Source: Thermoplasmatales archaeon (GTDB lineage: Archaea > Thermoplasmatota > Thermoplasmata > Methanomassiliicoccales > Methanomethylophilaceae). From it: 60,002 bases of DNA. Below are positions 9,275-18,912 of this stretch, piece by piece. The notes beneath the pieces are model-generated. The model did not search any database. It was not told the DNA's origin and saw nothing but the letters and a program-made list of their open reading frames with translations. The position numbers and the translations under genes are program-made. The DNA lies in the NCBI GenBank assembly GCA_012522645.1, contig JAAYKC010000018.1:1-60002 (forward strand). Direction: 5' to 3'. Each line of letters begins with the position of its first letter. The first letter of the stretch is position 1.

Positions 9275-9565
9275 ATGCCGAGAAAGAATCCTGATAAGAG
9301 AGAAGCGAAACGACTAGAAAAACTTGAGATCGCCAAACAGAGCCTGGGGTGGCGCGCCGCAGAGATGGTGAAGGACGGACTCAGTCTCCGCAAAGCAGGC
9401 GGTATTCTCGGGACGAGCCACCGGTTCGTGAAGAACTGGATCGACAGGCTGCTCGAGAAGAAGCATCATTGGGCATATTCTGAAAGTACGTGTCCCTGTA
9501 CAAAAACGCCGCCAAATCCTCCCGTATCGTCCCGCCGGATGATCCTGATGGATCCTTTAACATGA
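9275..9565 (+). pseudogene. Short HTH ORF resembling the N-terminal DNA-binding part of IS630/Tc1-type transposases; possible remnant
   Basis: RAAEMVKDGLSLRKAGGILGTSHRFVKNWIDRL resembles a transposase HTH. No DDE catalytic region follows. The longer track ORF (9194) has an implausible N-terminus. Confidence 0.3.
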
Positions 9566-9622
9566 GTTGAGTTCAAAAGCTATTAAAGCACCACGAATCA
9601 GTACAAACTTTCGGGTACGGTC

Positions 9623-11386
9623 ATGAAGAAATGGAAATGCACAGTCTGCGGTTACATACATGAAGGAGAGGAACCCCCTGAGAAATGCCCCCGTTGCGGT
9701 GCTCCCCGGTCCGCCTTCGAAGCTTATGATGAAGCAGGCAATAATCCCAATACTGGCACTCACTATGCGAAGAGTGACACGGTGACTGATATTGTGGTTG
9801 TCGGGTCCGGAGCCGCGGCTTTCTCCGCAGCCGTAACAGCCAGGAGCAAGGGATCGGAAGTCATCATGATCGAGAAGGCAGAGGAGGTCGGAGGTACCAC
9901 AAAACGCTCAGGCGGAGGGTATTGGGTCCCGAATAACCGCTTCCAGAAGGATGCAGGGTACAGGGACAGCAAAGATGACGCCCTCCGATATATGGCGAGA
10001 TCCTCGTACCCCGGCGATTACGATCCCGAGGACAGCAAATACGGTCTCAGCGCACATCAGTTCGACCTCATGAGCTCGTTCTGTGATAACGCCCCCGAGA
10101 TGGCGGATTACCTTGAGAGCGTGGGAGCCATCAGATCCAAGATGGGAGTGGGCTGGAACGGCAAGGGCTATTGCGACTATGCCGAATTCCTGCCCGAAAA
10201 CAAAGGGGTCCGGGGACGTCTGCTGTTCTCAGAGAACGACAGGGGGCAGATGGGCTTCGGCCTCATAACCGGATTCAGGGACTGGGCCGATTCCAACGGG
10301 ATAACCATCATAACCAATTGCCGTGCCGCGGACCTCATCAGAAGGGATGGGTCTGTTATTGGCATCGAAGCATTGCAGAACGGTAAGCGCATCAGATTCT
10401 ATGCCCGGCAGGGCGTGATCTTCGGAACCGGAGGATATTCGCATAACAAGGAGCTCATGCAGAGCTTCCAGCCCGGCCCCGTCTACGGAGGGTGCGCGGT
10501 ATCCACCAACACAGGGGATTTCATATCCATTGCCGGCAAAGCAGGAGCCAAGATCGGGAATACCCGTGGTGCATTCAGAGCCGACAGCTTAGCCGAGCTG
10601 TACCTGGAGGACCCCGATAATCTGACGACCGTCTTCTTCGTCCCGGGCGACGGGATGCTCCTCGTCGACAAGCACGGGAAGAGATACGTCAACGAGAAGA
10701 GGAATTATAACGACAGAGGAAAGAGGCACTTCGACTGGGATGCGGGAAGAGCTGAATACAGGACCATGCTCACGTTCATGATCGCCGACGAGCGTACGGC
10801 TTCGATGTGGCAGGGTCACCCGCCGTTCCCGATCAAAGGGAACACTGTGCCAGACTATGTCATTATCGCCGAGGATCTTGATGTCCTGGCAGATAAGATC
10901 GCCGGGCGCCTGAAGAGGATCGCGAACCGTACGGGCGGTTTCTCCCTGGATCCTTCATTCAAAGAGAATCTCAAGGATACGGTGGAGAGGTTCAACGGGT
11001 ACGCCAGGAGCGGCAAGGACCCGGAATTCGGGCGCGGTGATTTCGATTATGATAAGGAATGGTCCATGACCCCTCCGACAGGAGTGGAGTGGCCTGACAA
11101 GAACAGTAAGAATATCACGATGCACCCCCTGAGCAAACCACCGTATTATGCTGCAATAATTGGATCTGGTACATTGGATACCAATGGCGGCCCGGTGATA
11201 GACGGGAGGGCCAGGGTGCTGGATTGGAACAATGAACCCATAGACGGCCTCTACGGAGCCGGCAACTGCATCGCATCGCCGACGGCTGATACATATTGGG
11301 GCGGCGGCAGCACCATAGGTCCGGCGATGACGTTCGGATACATAGCCGGGAAGCAGGCATCATCCAGGAAAAGGAAGAAGGTGTGA
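9623..11386 (+). CDS. Rubredoxin-fused FAD-dependent oxidoreductase (3-ketosteroid-delta1-dehydrogenase / fumarate-reductase flavoprotein family)
   Basis: N-terminal [21 protein letters not shown] rubredoxin-like knuckles, then a [15 protein letters not shown] dinucleotide fold. [16 protein letters not shown] and C-terminal GLYGAGN...[17 protein letters not shown] match the KstD/FAD_binding_2 pattern. Confidence 0.75.
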   Translation: MKKWKCTVCGYIHEGEEPPEKCPRCGAPRSAFEAYDEAGNNPNTGTHYAKSDTVTDIVVVGSGAAAFSAAVTARSKGSEVIMIEKAEEVGGTTKRSGGGYWVPNNRFQKDAGYRDSKDDALRYMARSSYPGDYDPEDSKYGLSAHQFDLMSSFCDNAPEMADYLESVGAIRSKMGVGWNGKGYCDYAEFLPENKGVRGRLLFSENDRGQMGFGLITGFRDWADSNGITIITNCRAADLIRRDGSVIGIEALQNGKRIRFYARQGVIFGTGGYSHNKELMQSFQPGPVYGGCAVSTNTGDFISIAGKAGAKIGNTRGAFRADSLAELYLEDPDNLTTVFFVPGDGMLLVDKHGKRYVNEKRNYNDRGKRHFDWDAGRAEYRTMLTFMIADERTASMWQGHPPFPIKGNTVPDYVIIAEDLDVLADKIAGRLKRIANRTGGFSLDPSFKENLKDTVERFNGYARSGKDPEFGRGDFDYDKEWSMTPPTGVEWPDKNSKNITMHPLSKPPYYAAIIGSGTLDTNGGPVIDGRARVLDWNNEPIDGLYGAGNCIASPTADTYWGGGSTIGPAMTFGYIAGKQASSRKRKKV

Positions 11387-11391
11387 ATCTG

Positions 11392-12072
11392 ATGACTGAG
11401 GAGAAGAGCATAAGAATAACGGAAGGCGGGGCATACATCGTCTCCGGCTCAGTGCCCATATCGGAGAAGATCATAACCCCGGAGGGGAAAGGATACATCT
11501 GGACTGACGGCGGGGATCTGGATCAGAGAAGCAAATACGCACTCTGCAGATGCGGCCGGACTGAGAGCGCCCCATTCTGCGACGGGAAGCACAGTCAGGG
11601 AACCCCTTTCAAAGGAAAGGAGACCGCCGACAGGAAGCCTTATGATGAAAGAGCCAAGACCCTCAAGGGGAAGGGGATGGACCTCAAGGATGACGGACGC
11701 TGTGCGGGTGCCCGCTTCTGCCATACGAACAAAGGGGACGTCTGGAGGCTCGCCAAGAGATCGAATGACCCGGAGAATTATGAGCTGGCTCTCAAAGCCG
11801 CTAATGAATGTCCCACAGGGAGGCTCGTCGCATGCGACAAGGACGGGACCCCTCTCGAAACGGAGCTGGAACAGGAGATAGTCGTGGTCCAGGACCCGGA
11901 GAAGGCCTGCAGCGGAGGATATTACGTGAAGGGCGGGATCAAGCTCATATCATCCGACGGAACGGAATACGAGACCCGCAACCGCTATGTATTGTGCAGA
12001 TGCGGTGCATCCAAGGATACGCCGTTCTGCGATGCCGGTCATGTGGGTCGCCGCTTCAGGGATAAGAAATGA
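11392..12072 (+). CDS. CDGSH iron-sulfur domain protein with a central divergent 4Fe-4S (Fer4_19-like) module
   Basis: Two CDGSH motifs (CRCGRTESAPFCDGKH, CRCGASKDTPFCDAGH) flank DGRCAGARFCHTN...CPTGRL. ATG at 11392 lies 6 nt after the upstream stop. The longer track ORF overlaps the previous gene. Confidence 0.8.
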   Translation: MTEEKSIRITEGGAYIVSGSVPISEKIITPEGKGYIWTDGGDLDQRSKYALCRCGRTESAPFCDGKHSQGTPFKGKETADRKPYDERAKTLKGKGMDLKDDGRCAGARFCHTNKGDVWRLAKRSNDPENYELALKAANECPTGRLVACDKDGTPLETELEQEIVVVQDPEKACSGGYYVKGGIKLISSDGTEYETRNRYVLCRCGASKDTPFCDAGHVGRRFRDKK

Positions 12073-12096
12073 ATCGGCTCCGGGGACCCGGTCCCT

Positions 12097-12744
12097 TCAC
12101 ATCTTCACATTACCGGCTCTCAGGGCGAAGAGCGTGGCTAATGCCATGAATAAGAACATCCCGGCCATTATCCCGAGAACGAACAACGGGAGCATCCCTG
12201 CAAGATAGAGTATGGCGGGGATGCCTATGAAGAAGAAGCCGAGGAACACCACAACGAGAGCAAAGATCCCGCTCATGCCTTTGTTTATCCTGCTGCTCAG
12301 CTGCTCCGCTTCCTTCTTGACATTCATGCAGTCCTCATAGGAGAAATACTTCGTCGGCCTGGCCGCCTCCAGCCCCCTGGCTCTGGAGACCATGTTGTCG
12401 GAGGTACCGTCCCATTTTCCGGATTCGCACATGGTGAACGCAGCGTTCAGATACCATGCGTCAGGATTCTGCGAGTCAAGAGCCATAGCATTATCGATGA
12501 GCCATCTGATCCTGTCATCCTTCCCGAGAGGGTTCCTCCTGGATTCCAGGAGATTCTTGGCCTGAACGATCTTCTCATAAGCGGCCTTCCTGTCCTCGAT
12601 GATCCTGCTCTGATTCTCACTGTACTTCCGCACTATTATGCTCTTGCCGCAATTGGTGCAGACCCCCGAACCCTGTTCGGGATCCATATTGACGTCACCC
12701 CGGCAATAGGGGCATTCGAGGACCTGAAGTTCCATGATCGTCAT
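12097..12744 (-). CDS. Zinc-ribbon membrane protein (hypothetical)
   Basis: N-terminal CPYCRG...CTNCG ribbon, helical middle region, and C-terminal hydrophobic segments. Confidence 0.5.
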   Translation of the reverse strand: MTIMELQVLECPYCRGDVNMDPEQGSGVCTNCGKSIIVRKYSENQSRIIEDRKAAYEKIVQAKNLLESRRNPLGKDDRIRWLIDNAMALDSQNPDAWYLNAAFTMCESGKWDGTSDNMVSRARGLEAARPTKYFSYEDCMNVKKEAEQLSSRINKGMSGIFALVVVFLGFFFIGIPAILYLAGMLPLFVLGIMAGMFLFMALATLFALRAGNVKM

Positions 12745-12879
12745 AGAATCAGCTCTCAGAATAAATCTGTGTGCATGGGTCCGCTTTATCTGCTATGCAC
12801 ACAATACGCTTTATTCAGCATCAATAAATGCAAAGGAGGCAGGTCCATCTTCGAACTACAACTTCCGACAGGCATATGG

Positions 12880-14313
12880 ATGGGGATCATCTTCCCGTTC
12901 TTCCTAGTCATAAACATGATCCTGCTCATCCCTCTCTTCTTCTGGGAGAAGGCTGATCCCCGGGGCACCCTCCTTTGGATGGCAGTGATGATCTTCGTCC
13001 CTCCTGTCGGGTTCGGACTTTATGTCATCATAGGACCGACATACTACTTCCGCTTCAGAGGTTTCAAGATGAAGGCCGAATTGGACGAGTTGATCTCCTC
13101 TACACATGAGAGCAACATGGCCGTCATTGAGAAAAGAGTAAGGAAAGGAGTAACTGACGAAGAAGAGGCCAGATTCATAAAGACCCTGGGCAACGCCGGG
13201 GCGAAATCGTACAGCGACAATAATGATGTGAAGCTGTACATAGACGGACAGGAGAAATTCAGATCGCTTATTCAGGACATAGAGAATGCCGAGAGCAGCA
13301 TACACCTGGAATATTATATTGTCAGGAATGACAGGATAGGCAACAAGATCATGGATGCAATAGAAGTGAAGGCCGCAGAAGGCCTGAAAGTCAGGATCCT
13401 CTTCGATGCCTTCGGGTCCGGCAGAGATATGTGGAAGAGGATGAGGAGTCTGAGGAAGAGCGGTGTGAACGTGACCTTCTTCCATAAGCTGTCCAGGCTT
13501 TTCCTGAACCCCAAGAAGAACAACAGGAATCACAGGAAGATAGCCATAATCGATGATAAGATATGCTATCTGGGGGGGTTCAACATAGGTGATGATTACA
13601 TCAGCAGCGAGGACAAGGGGTATTGGAGGGACACTTCCGTCAGGATCACGGGGGAAGCGGTCAATTGGGTCCAGCTCCGTTTCATCACAGACTGGAGATA
13701 CGCCTTCGGAGAGGATCTGCTCTCCAGCCTGTCATACAGCAACGAGGTCTCAGAAGCGGGGAATACCGGAGTTCAGATCATCTCGGGAGGGCCTGACGTT
13801 CTCAGAGAGAACCCGATAGAGATGCAGTATCTTATGATGTTCTCCGCGGCCAAGGAGACCCTGTACCTGCACACGCCCTTCCTGGCCCCGACCAGCGGCA
13901 TGATTGACGGCCTCAGGATGGCCGCACTGTCCGGCGTCGACGTCAGGCTGATAATACCTGACAGAGCAAATCAGCCTCTGGTCTACTGGTCCAACATGCA
14001 TTATGCAAGTGTTCTGATGAAATCAAACGTCAAAGTGTATCTCTACAGGAACGGATTCATGCATTCCAAGGCCATAGTCGCCGACTCGAAATTCTGCTCA
14101 GTGGGCTCGGCCAATCTGGATGAGAGGAGCATGAATCTGAATTTTGAAACGAACGCGATGATCTACTCAGAAGAGCTCGGACAAACGATGACGAAGGAGT
14201 TCCTCAGGGATCTGGAAAGATGCGAGGAATTCTCTGAGGATAATTACAAAACCATGTCTTTGCGCAGTAAGTTCAAAGTGGGCCTGGCAAGACTCGCGAC
14301 AAGTCTGCTCTGA
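12880..14313 (+). CDS. cls: Cardiolipin synthase-like phospholipase D family protein (bacterial Cls type)
   Basis: Two N-terminal TM helices. Two HKD motifs (HRKIAIIDD..., HSKAIVADSKFCSVGSANLD). Start chosen at the ATG preceding the TM region; the track ORF begins at 12769. Confidence 0.8.
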   Translation: MGIIFPFFLVINMILLIPLFFWEKADPRGTLLWMAVMIFVPPVGFGLYVIIGPTYYFRFRGFKMKAELDELISSTHESNMAVIEKRVRKGVTDEEEARFIKTLGNAGAKSYSDNNDVKLYIDGQEKFRSLIQDIENAESSIHLEYYIVRNDRIGNKIMDAIEVKAAEGLKVRILFDAFGSGRDMWKRMRSLRKSGVNVTFFHKLSRLFLNPKKNNRNHRKIAIIDDKICYLGGFNIGDDYISSEDKGYWRDTSVRITGEAVNWVQLRFITDWRYAFGEDLLSSLSYSNEVSEAGNTGVQIISGGPDVLRENPIEMQYLMMFSAAKETLYLHTPFLAPTSGMIDGLRMAALSGVDVRLIIPDRANQPLVYWSNMHYASVLMKSNVKVYLYRNGFMHSKAIVADSKFCSVGSANLDERSMNLNFETNAMIYSEELGQTMTKEFLRDLERCEEFSEDNYKTMSLRSKFKVGLARLATSLL

Positions 14314-14323
14314 GCTGCGCAGG

Positions 14324-15400
14324 TCACCCGCCCATGCGCTGCTGCTTCTCCCTGTCAGTGTCGGCGAGCTTCTTCAGCGGTTCTTCTGCCGCATCGCATC
14401 CCATGCGCAGGGCCTCTTCCAGATGGCGGACGGCCATCGACTTGTCGGCCCTGACGCCGATCCCTATCGAATACATGATGCCCAGGCGGAGATGCCCCTC
14501 CGGGAGACCCCTGTCCGCTACCATGCGGTAGAGTTTCGCCGCCCGCTTCGGATTCCGGCGTACTCCCTCTCCCGCCGAATACAGATCAGCGAGATTGTAG
14601 ATCGCATTGAGATTCCCTCCTTCAGCGGAGATCCTGAACCACTTCGCCGCTTCCGTGAAGTCCTTCTCTATGCCTTTGCCTTCATAATACATACGGCCTA
14701 TGCTGTATTGGGCATCCGTATCACCCATCAGAGCCGCCTCTCCGTAGGAGAGTATCGCCTTCTCGAGATCGGGCTCCGTTCCTAAGCCGGACTCATAATA
14801 ATTGCCCAATTTGTACATCGCCTCAGGCTTGCCTCTGTGGGCGGAGGTCCTGAAACGTTTCACAGCCTCTTTCAGATCCCCTTCTTCCTCGTGAATGGAG
14901 CCTAATTGAAAGGAACCTTCGGCGCTGCCCCTGTCGGCCGCCTTGCGGAAATAGGATTTCGCCTTCTCATAATCTTTCGGAACATGCTCACCGGATCTGT
15001 ATATGATCCCGAGGCTGATGAGTGCCATGTTATTGCCCCGGTCTGCTGCCTTATTGTACCACTTAATGGCTTCGTCCATATCCTTCTCGGTCCGGTGGCC
15101 GACTGCATGTCTCCAGCCCAATTGGTACTGCGCGTCCGGGAGATCGGCTTCCGCAGCACTGATCAGGAGCTGTTCTGCCTTACCGCTGTCCCGACGAACG
15201 CCCTTCCCCGTCTCGTAGAGGCGGGCAAGATTGTACATACCTCTGACGTTCCCCCGGGATGCGGCTTTGCCGTACCACTTGGCCGCTTTCCTGAGATTCC
15301 TCCGGAGAATGAGACCTTCCTCGTATATCTCGCCCATTTTATTGTGCGAGACGGGACTGCCGTTCCTTTCCAATATCTTCAACAAAGAGGACGGGGCCAT
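14324..15400 (-). CDS. Sel1-repeat (SLR/TPR-like) protein
   Basis: About 8 tandem repeats of the A.kWy.kAA..G...A...LG..Y..G.GV..D type. Confidence 0.85.
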   Translation of the reverse strand: MAPSSLLKILERNGSPVSHNKMGEIYEEGLILRRNLRKAAKWYGKAASRGNVRGMYNLARLYETGKGVRRDSGKAEQLLISAAEADLPDAQYQLGWRHAVGHRTEKDMDEAIKWYNKAADRGNNMALISLGIIYRSGEHVPKDYEKAKSYFRKAADRGSAEGSFQLGSIHEEEGDLKEAVKRFRTSAHRGKPEAMYKLGNYYESGLGTEPDLEKAILSYGEAALMGDTDAQYSIGRMYYEGKGIEKDFTEAAKWFRISAEGGNLNAIYNLADLYSAGEGVRRNPKRAAKLYRMVADRGLPEGHLRLGIMYSIGIGVRADKSMAVRHLEEALRMGCDAAEEPLKKLADTDREKQQRMGG

Positions 15401-15457
15401 TGTACGTACGTATAGCCGAAGTTGCGTATAAGCGTGTTGAGGTTACAAATATGCAGA

Positions 15458-15970
15458 TTACAGGCACTGGCTATCCATACAGTCCAAGCACAGGCGTTTG
15501 CCTTTCCTGATGCGTATATTATCCTCGGAAGCCGATTCTCCGCAGTTCTCGCACACTATGCTCTCCACTATCTCTGCCTCCGCCGGCATACCGTATTCCG
15601 GGGATTTCACGAGGAATATCTCCTCATCCGGTGCCGAAAGCACCCATTTCAGAGTCTTATCCCTGCCGCCGCTTCTGTCGAAGGATCGGGTCACGATACG
15701 GATCGATCTTCCTGTCTTCCTGTCAAAGAAGGAATATGCATGCTTTCCAACCTTCCGGAATATGAGATTCCCCTTTCCTGCAGTACAGGCCAGCATCACC
15801 TGTATGGAGTCCACGCCGCAGGCTGTGTTCTCGGATACGCAAACGATCTCCTCATCCTCGGACCTGTCTATACCCAGCTCCTTGATCACCAGCAGTGCGG
15901 CACGGTATCCCAGGGCAAGCCCGGGGCATTCATGGCCGTGGAATTCTATGCATTTGTTCCAGTCGTTCAT
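15458..15970 (-). CDS. FmdE-domain protein with C-terminal zinc ribbon
   Basis: CIEFHGHECPGLALGYRAA is the FmdE-family signature. C-terminal CENCGE...CLDC. Start ATG at 15970 is preceded by GGAGGT; the track start at 16003 overlaps the upstream gene. Confidence 0.75.
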   Translation of the reverse strand: MNDWNKCIEFHGHECPGLALGYRAALLVIKELGIDRSEDEEIVCVSENTACGVDSIQVMLACTAGKGNLIFRKVGKHAYSFFDRKTGRSIRIVTRSFDRSGGRDKTLKWVLSAPDEEIFLVKSPEYGMPAEAEIVESIVCENCGESASEDNIRIRKGKRLCLDCMDSQCL

Positions 15971-15972
15971 TT

Positions 15973-17262
15973 CTACCTCCTGCAGAGACGGTCCCAGGCC
16001 CATTCGGATTCCGAGAGCACATTCTCCGTGTCCATCGTGATTATTCTTCCTTCATCCAGCACAATATCGCCCTGGCACATCACGGTTCTCACGTTAAGAC
16101 TCGATGCCGAATACGCTATGTTCGATATTATGTTCTCGGGCACCAGCGGCCTGAGGTTCGGCGCTTTGCCGTCCAGGATCACGATGTCGGCGTACTTGCC
16201 CGCCTCTATGGATCCGAGGTCCTTCTCCATCCCTATCGCCTTGGCACCGCCTCTGGTCGCGAAATCGAGAAGCTGTTGGGCATTGCACACTCTCGCATCC
16301 CATCTGCTGGACTTCTGCAGCAGACCCAGTGTCTTCATCTCTGCGAACATGTCCAATGAGTTGTTCGTTGTGCTGCCGTCGGTGCCTATGCTGACATTGA
16401 CCCCGTTCTGCACCATCTCAGGTATGGGGGCCACACCGCCCGTCGCCAGCTTCATGTTCGACACGGGGCAAGTGGATATGGATGACCCTGCTTCCCCCAG
16501 CAGTCTGACCTCATTGAGTGTGAGCCACGCGGAATGGGCGCCTATCCCATTCTTGGAAAGTGCACCGATATGTGCCAGCCATTCCGCCGGCCTCATACCC
16601 GTGCTCTTCCTGTGTTGATTGACCTCTCCCCTGGTCTCTGAGAGATGGAAGTTCAGAGGGAGGTCCTTGCTCTCGGCGAATTCCTTGGCGCCCAGACATG
16701 TCTCCTCATTGCATACGTACACGCCCTGCAGACCGACCCCGGGGATCGCTTTCCTCAGACCCTTGTGAGTCTCATAGAAATGCTTGCAGTTGCTCAGGGG
16801 GTTGCCCTTCTGGGTCGTGAACTCCTCATCCAGGCAGCACCAGCACAGGATGCCCCTGATCCCTGCATCCTCAACGGCTCCGGCGATGACGTCCTGAGAG
16901 TAGTACAGATCAACGAAGGTGGTTGTTCCGCCGCGGATCATCTCCATGCAGCCCAGTCTCGCACCTATGCCTATGTCCTTGTCGGATCTCTCCGAATCTA
17001 CTTTGAATGCCCTGTCCAGGAAGTCCTGGAACGTCATGTCGTCCAGGGACCCCTTCATAACGGACATGGCCACGTGAGTGTGGGTATTTATCATCCCCGG
17101 CATCACTATATCGCCTGAGGCCTCTATCTCCCTGTCGGCGGACCCCTTGTATTTGGGCCCCACGGATTCTATCCTCTCCCCGTCTACGACGACGTCTCCG
17201 CGGATGACTTTCCTGGAGCTGTCCTGAGTGACGATCCACGCATCCCTGATAACGGTCAGCAT
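15973..17262 (-). CDS. mtaD: Amidohydrolase, 5-methylthioadenosine/S-adenosylhomocysteine deaminase-like (MtaD/DadD)
   Basis: MPGMINTHTHVAMS metal-binding HxH motif plus the overall MtaD-like layout. 429 aa. Ends in TAG. Confidence 0.8.
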   Translation of the reverse strand: MLTVIRDAWIVTQDSSRKVIRGDVVVDGERIESVGPKYKGSADREIEASGDIVMPGMINTHTHVAMSVMKGSLDDMTFQDFLDRAFKVDSERSDKDIGIGARLGCMEMIRGGTTTFVDLYYSQDVIAGAVEDAGIRGILCWCCLDEEFTTQKGNPLSNCKHFYETHKGLRKAIPGVGLQGVYVCNEETCLGAKEFAESKDLPLNFHLSETRGEVNQHRKSTGMRPAEWLAHIGALSKNGIGAHSAWLTLNEVRLLGEAGSSISTCPVSNMKLATGGVAPIPEMVQNGVNVSIGTDGSTTNNSLDMFAEMKTLGLLQKSSRWDARVCNAQQLLDFATRGGAKAIGMEKDLGSIEAGKYADIVILDGKAPNLRPLVPENIISNIAYSASSLNVRTVMCQGDIVLDEGRIITMDTENVLSESEWAWDRLCRR

Positions 17263-17336
17263 GCCGCCTAATCCTGTTGCGCTCTATTAACGATTTCCGC
17301 CTTAAGACTGAAATATCCTGTATGTGATGGGGGGAT

Positions 17337-18170
17337 ATGCCATCTAAGCTCATCCTTCTAGGCACAGGCGGGGGGCGGCACACCACCATGTTCCAGGCAC
17401 GCAGCACCGGAGGCTTTCTCCTGAACGCATTGGGCTCCTGGGTGCATGTCGACCCCGGCCCCGGGGCTCTGGTGAACATGATGAGGATCGGCTATAATCT
17501 GGAGAATACGGACGGTATCGTTGTCTCCCACTCCCATCCCGACCATTACTCGGATGCTGAGGTGGCGATAGAGGGGATGAGCCGCGGAGGTTGGGTCAGA
17601 AACGGTAAGCTTTACGGAACCAAGAGCGTCCTCTGCGGACATGACGGCCTGGGGCCCTGCATCTCCGGATACCATCAGCATCTTGCCGTTGAGAAGCACC
17701 TTCTGAAGGCCGGGGACAGAGTGAGCATATGCGGGATCCCTACGGAGATCACAGCCACGATCCACAGCGACCCGTGCAATGTAGGATTCAAATTCAATAC
17801 GGGGGACGGCATCGTCTCATACGTCAGCGATACATCGTACTCTGAGGAGATAGCAAAGCAGCACGAAGGGGCGCGTATCCTCCTTCTGCCTATCACCACC
17901 CCTTCCGGGAACAGGATAGAGCACCACCTGTGCACTGACGACGCTTACGATTTCATCGATATCGTGAAACCTGAGCTTGCCGTGTTCGTGCATATGGGCA
18001 TTGTGATGCTCAGGCGCGATGCCGATGCTCAGGCGGCGGATGTGGAGAAGGCGACGGGCGTCCGGACTGTGGCCGGCAAAGATCTCATGACCTTGGATCT
18101 GGACAACAGAGTGGAGATCGGCAGCGCACCCCTGTATAAGGAATCCTGGAATCCTGCCTGGAACATATGA
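17337..18170 (+). CDS. MBL-fold metallo-hydrolase
   Basis: VVSHSHPDHYSD (HxHxDH) motif. Confidence 0.7.
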   Translation: MPSKLILLGTGGGRHTTMFQARSTGGFLLNALGSWVHVDPGPGALVNMMRIGYNLENTDGIVVSHSHPDHYSDAEVAIEGMSRGGWVRNGKLYGTKSVLCGHDGLGPCISGYHQHLAVEKHLLKAGDRVSICGIPTEITATIHSDPCNVGFKFNTGDGIVSYVSDTSYSEEIAKQHEGARILLLPITTPSGNRIEHHLCTDDAYDFIDIVKPELAVFVHMGIVMLRRDADAQAADVEKATGVRTVAGKDLMTLDLDNRVEIGSAPLYKESWNPAWNI

Positions 18171-18210
18171 TCCTGCACATTTTGATATATGCTGATTCCA
18201 TCTCAGGGGT

Positions 18211-18912
18211 ATGAGGTTCTGCCGGAACTGCGGTAAGGAATTGGGCGAGGAGGATGTTATCTGCCCCCAGTGCGGTTCCGGTCAGGATGATGCACCCATA
18301 AGACCCAGGCCCCGGGACAGGACACCGTATTACGTCATCGCAGCGGTTCTGGTGCTCGTCGCCGCTGTTTTGATCGTCCCGATCTTCTTTCAGGAACAGA
18401 TCTCTGAGCAGCATTCGTACAAGATGACCTTCACAGTGGACTGGTACGCTGTTGTGGACGCCAGCGGGACCGTCGATAACGGCTACGATTCAGATGCGGA
18501 GGTCTACTTCCAAATAACCTACAACGGGAAAACAGAGTATCTTCTGGTAGATACGGACGATCCGCTTGAGTATTATTCAACCCATTCGGTCACTGTATAT
18601 ACCGATGTTTCGACGGCAATGGAGAAAAGAACCGAACCCACAGAATACAATACAACCGTTTTCTATGTCTCCGGAGGAAGGACTGCCGTGTCCATAACGG
18701 TATTCATGCGCGACTACGACGGCGGCGCGAAATTCGGCGAATCCTCTGATGATATCCTGGACATATACGATGCTAACTCTGATTACGGCAGCTCCGGCAG
18801 CCAGGGGATAATAATCAATGTCCCGGTAGGCAAGGATAAAACAGGCCAGTCCGGCGGAGACATGGACCCCCGCGGATTCTTCGGATATACTGTGTCTTTC
18901 GAGAGGATCTAG
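18211..18912 (+). CDS. Zinc-ribbon, single-pass membrane protein with an extracytoplasmic domain (hypothetical)
   Basis: MRFCRNCGKEL...CPQCG at the extreme N-terminus, then a TM segment (YYVIAAVLVLVAAVLIVPIFF). Ends in TAG. Confidence 0.55.
   Translation: MRFCRNCGKELGEEDVICPQCGSGQDDAPIRPRPRDRTPYYVIAAVLVLVAAVLIVPIFFQEQISEQHSYKMTFTVDWYAVVDASGTVDNGYDSDAEVYFQITYNGKTEYLLVDTDDPLEYYSTHSVTVYTDVSTAMEKRTEPTEYNTTVFYVSGGRTAVSITVFMRDYDGGAKFGESSDDILDIYDANSDYGSSGSQGIIINVPVGKDKTGQSGGDMDPRGFFGYTVSFERI

Noticed and set aside
7035-9622. Direct repeat of the tRNA-Tyr 3' end that would delimit an integrated element carrying htpG
   Set aside because: Only a 7-nt GGGGTGG match near 9345 was seen, which is not significant. 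So the island idea rests on gene content only.
15422-16618. 398-aa plus-strand ORF
   Set aside because: It is antisense to the FmdE-like and MtaD genes, which have clear family motifs. No recognisable domain.
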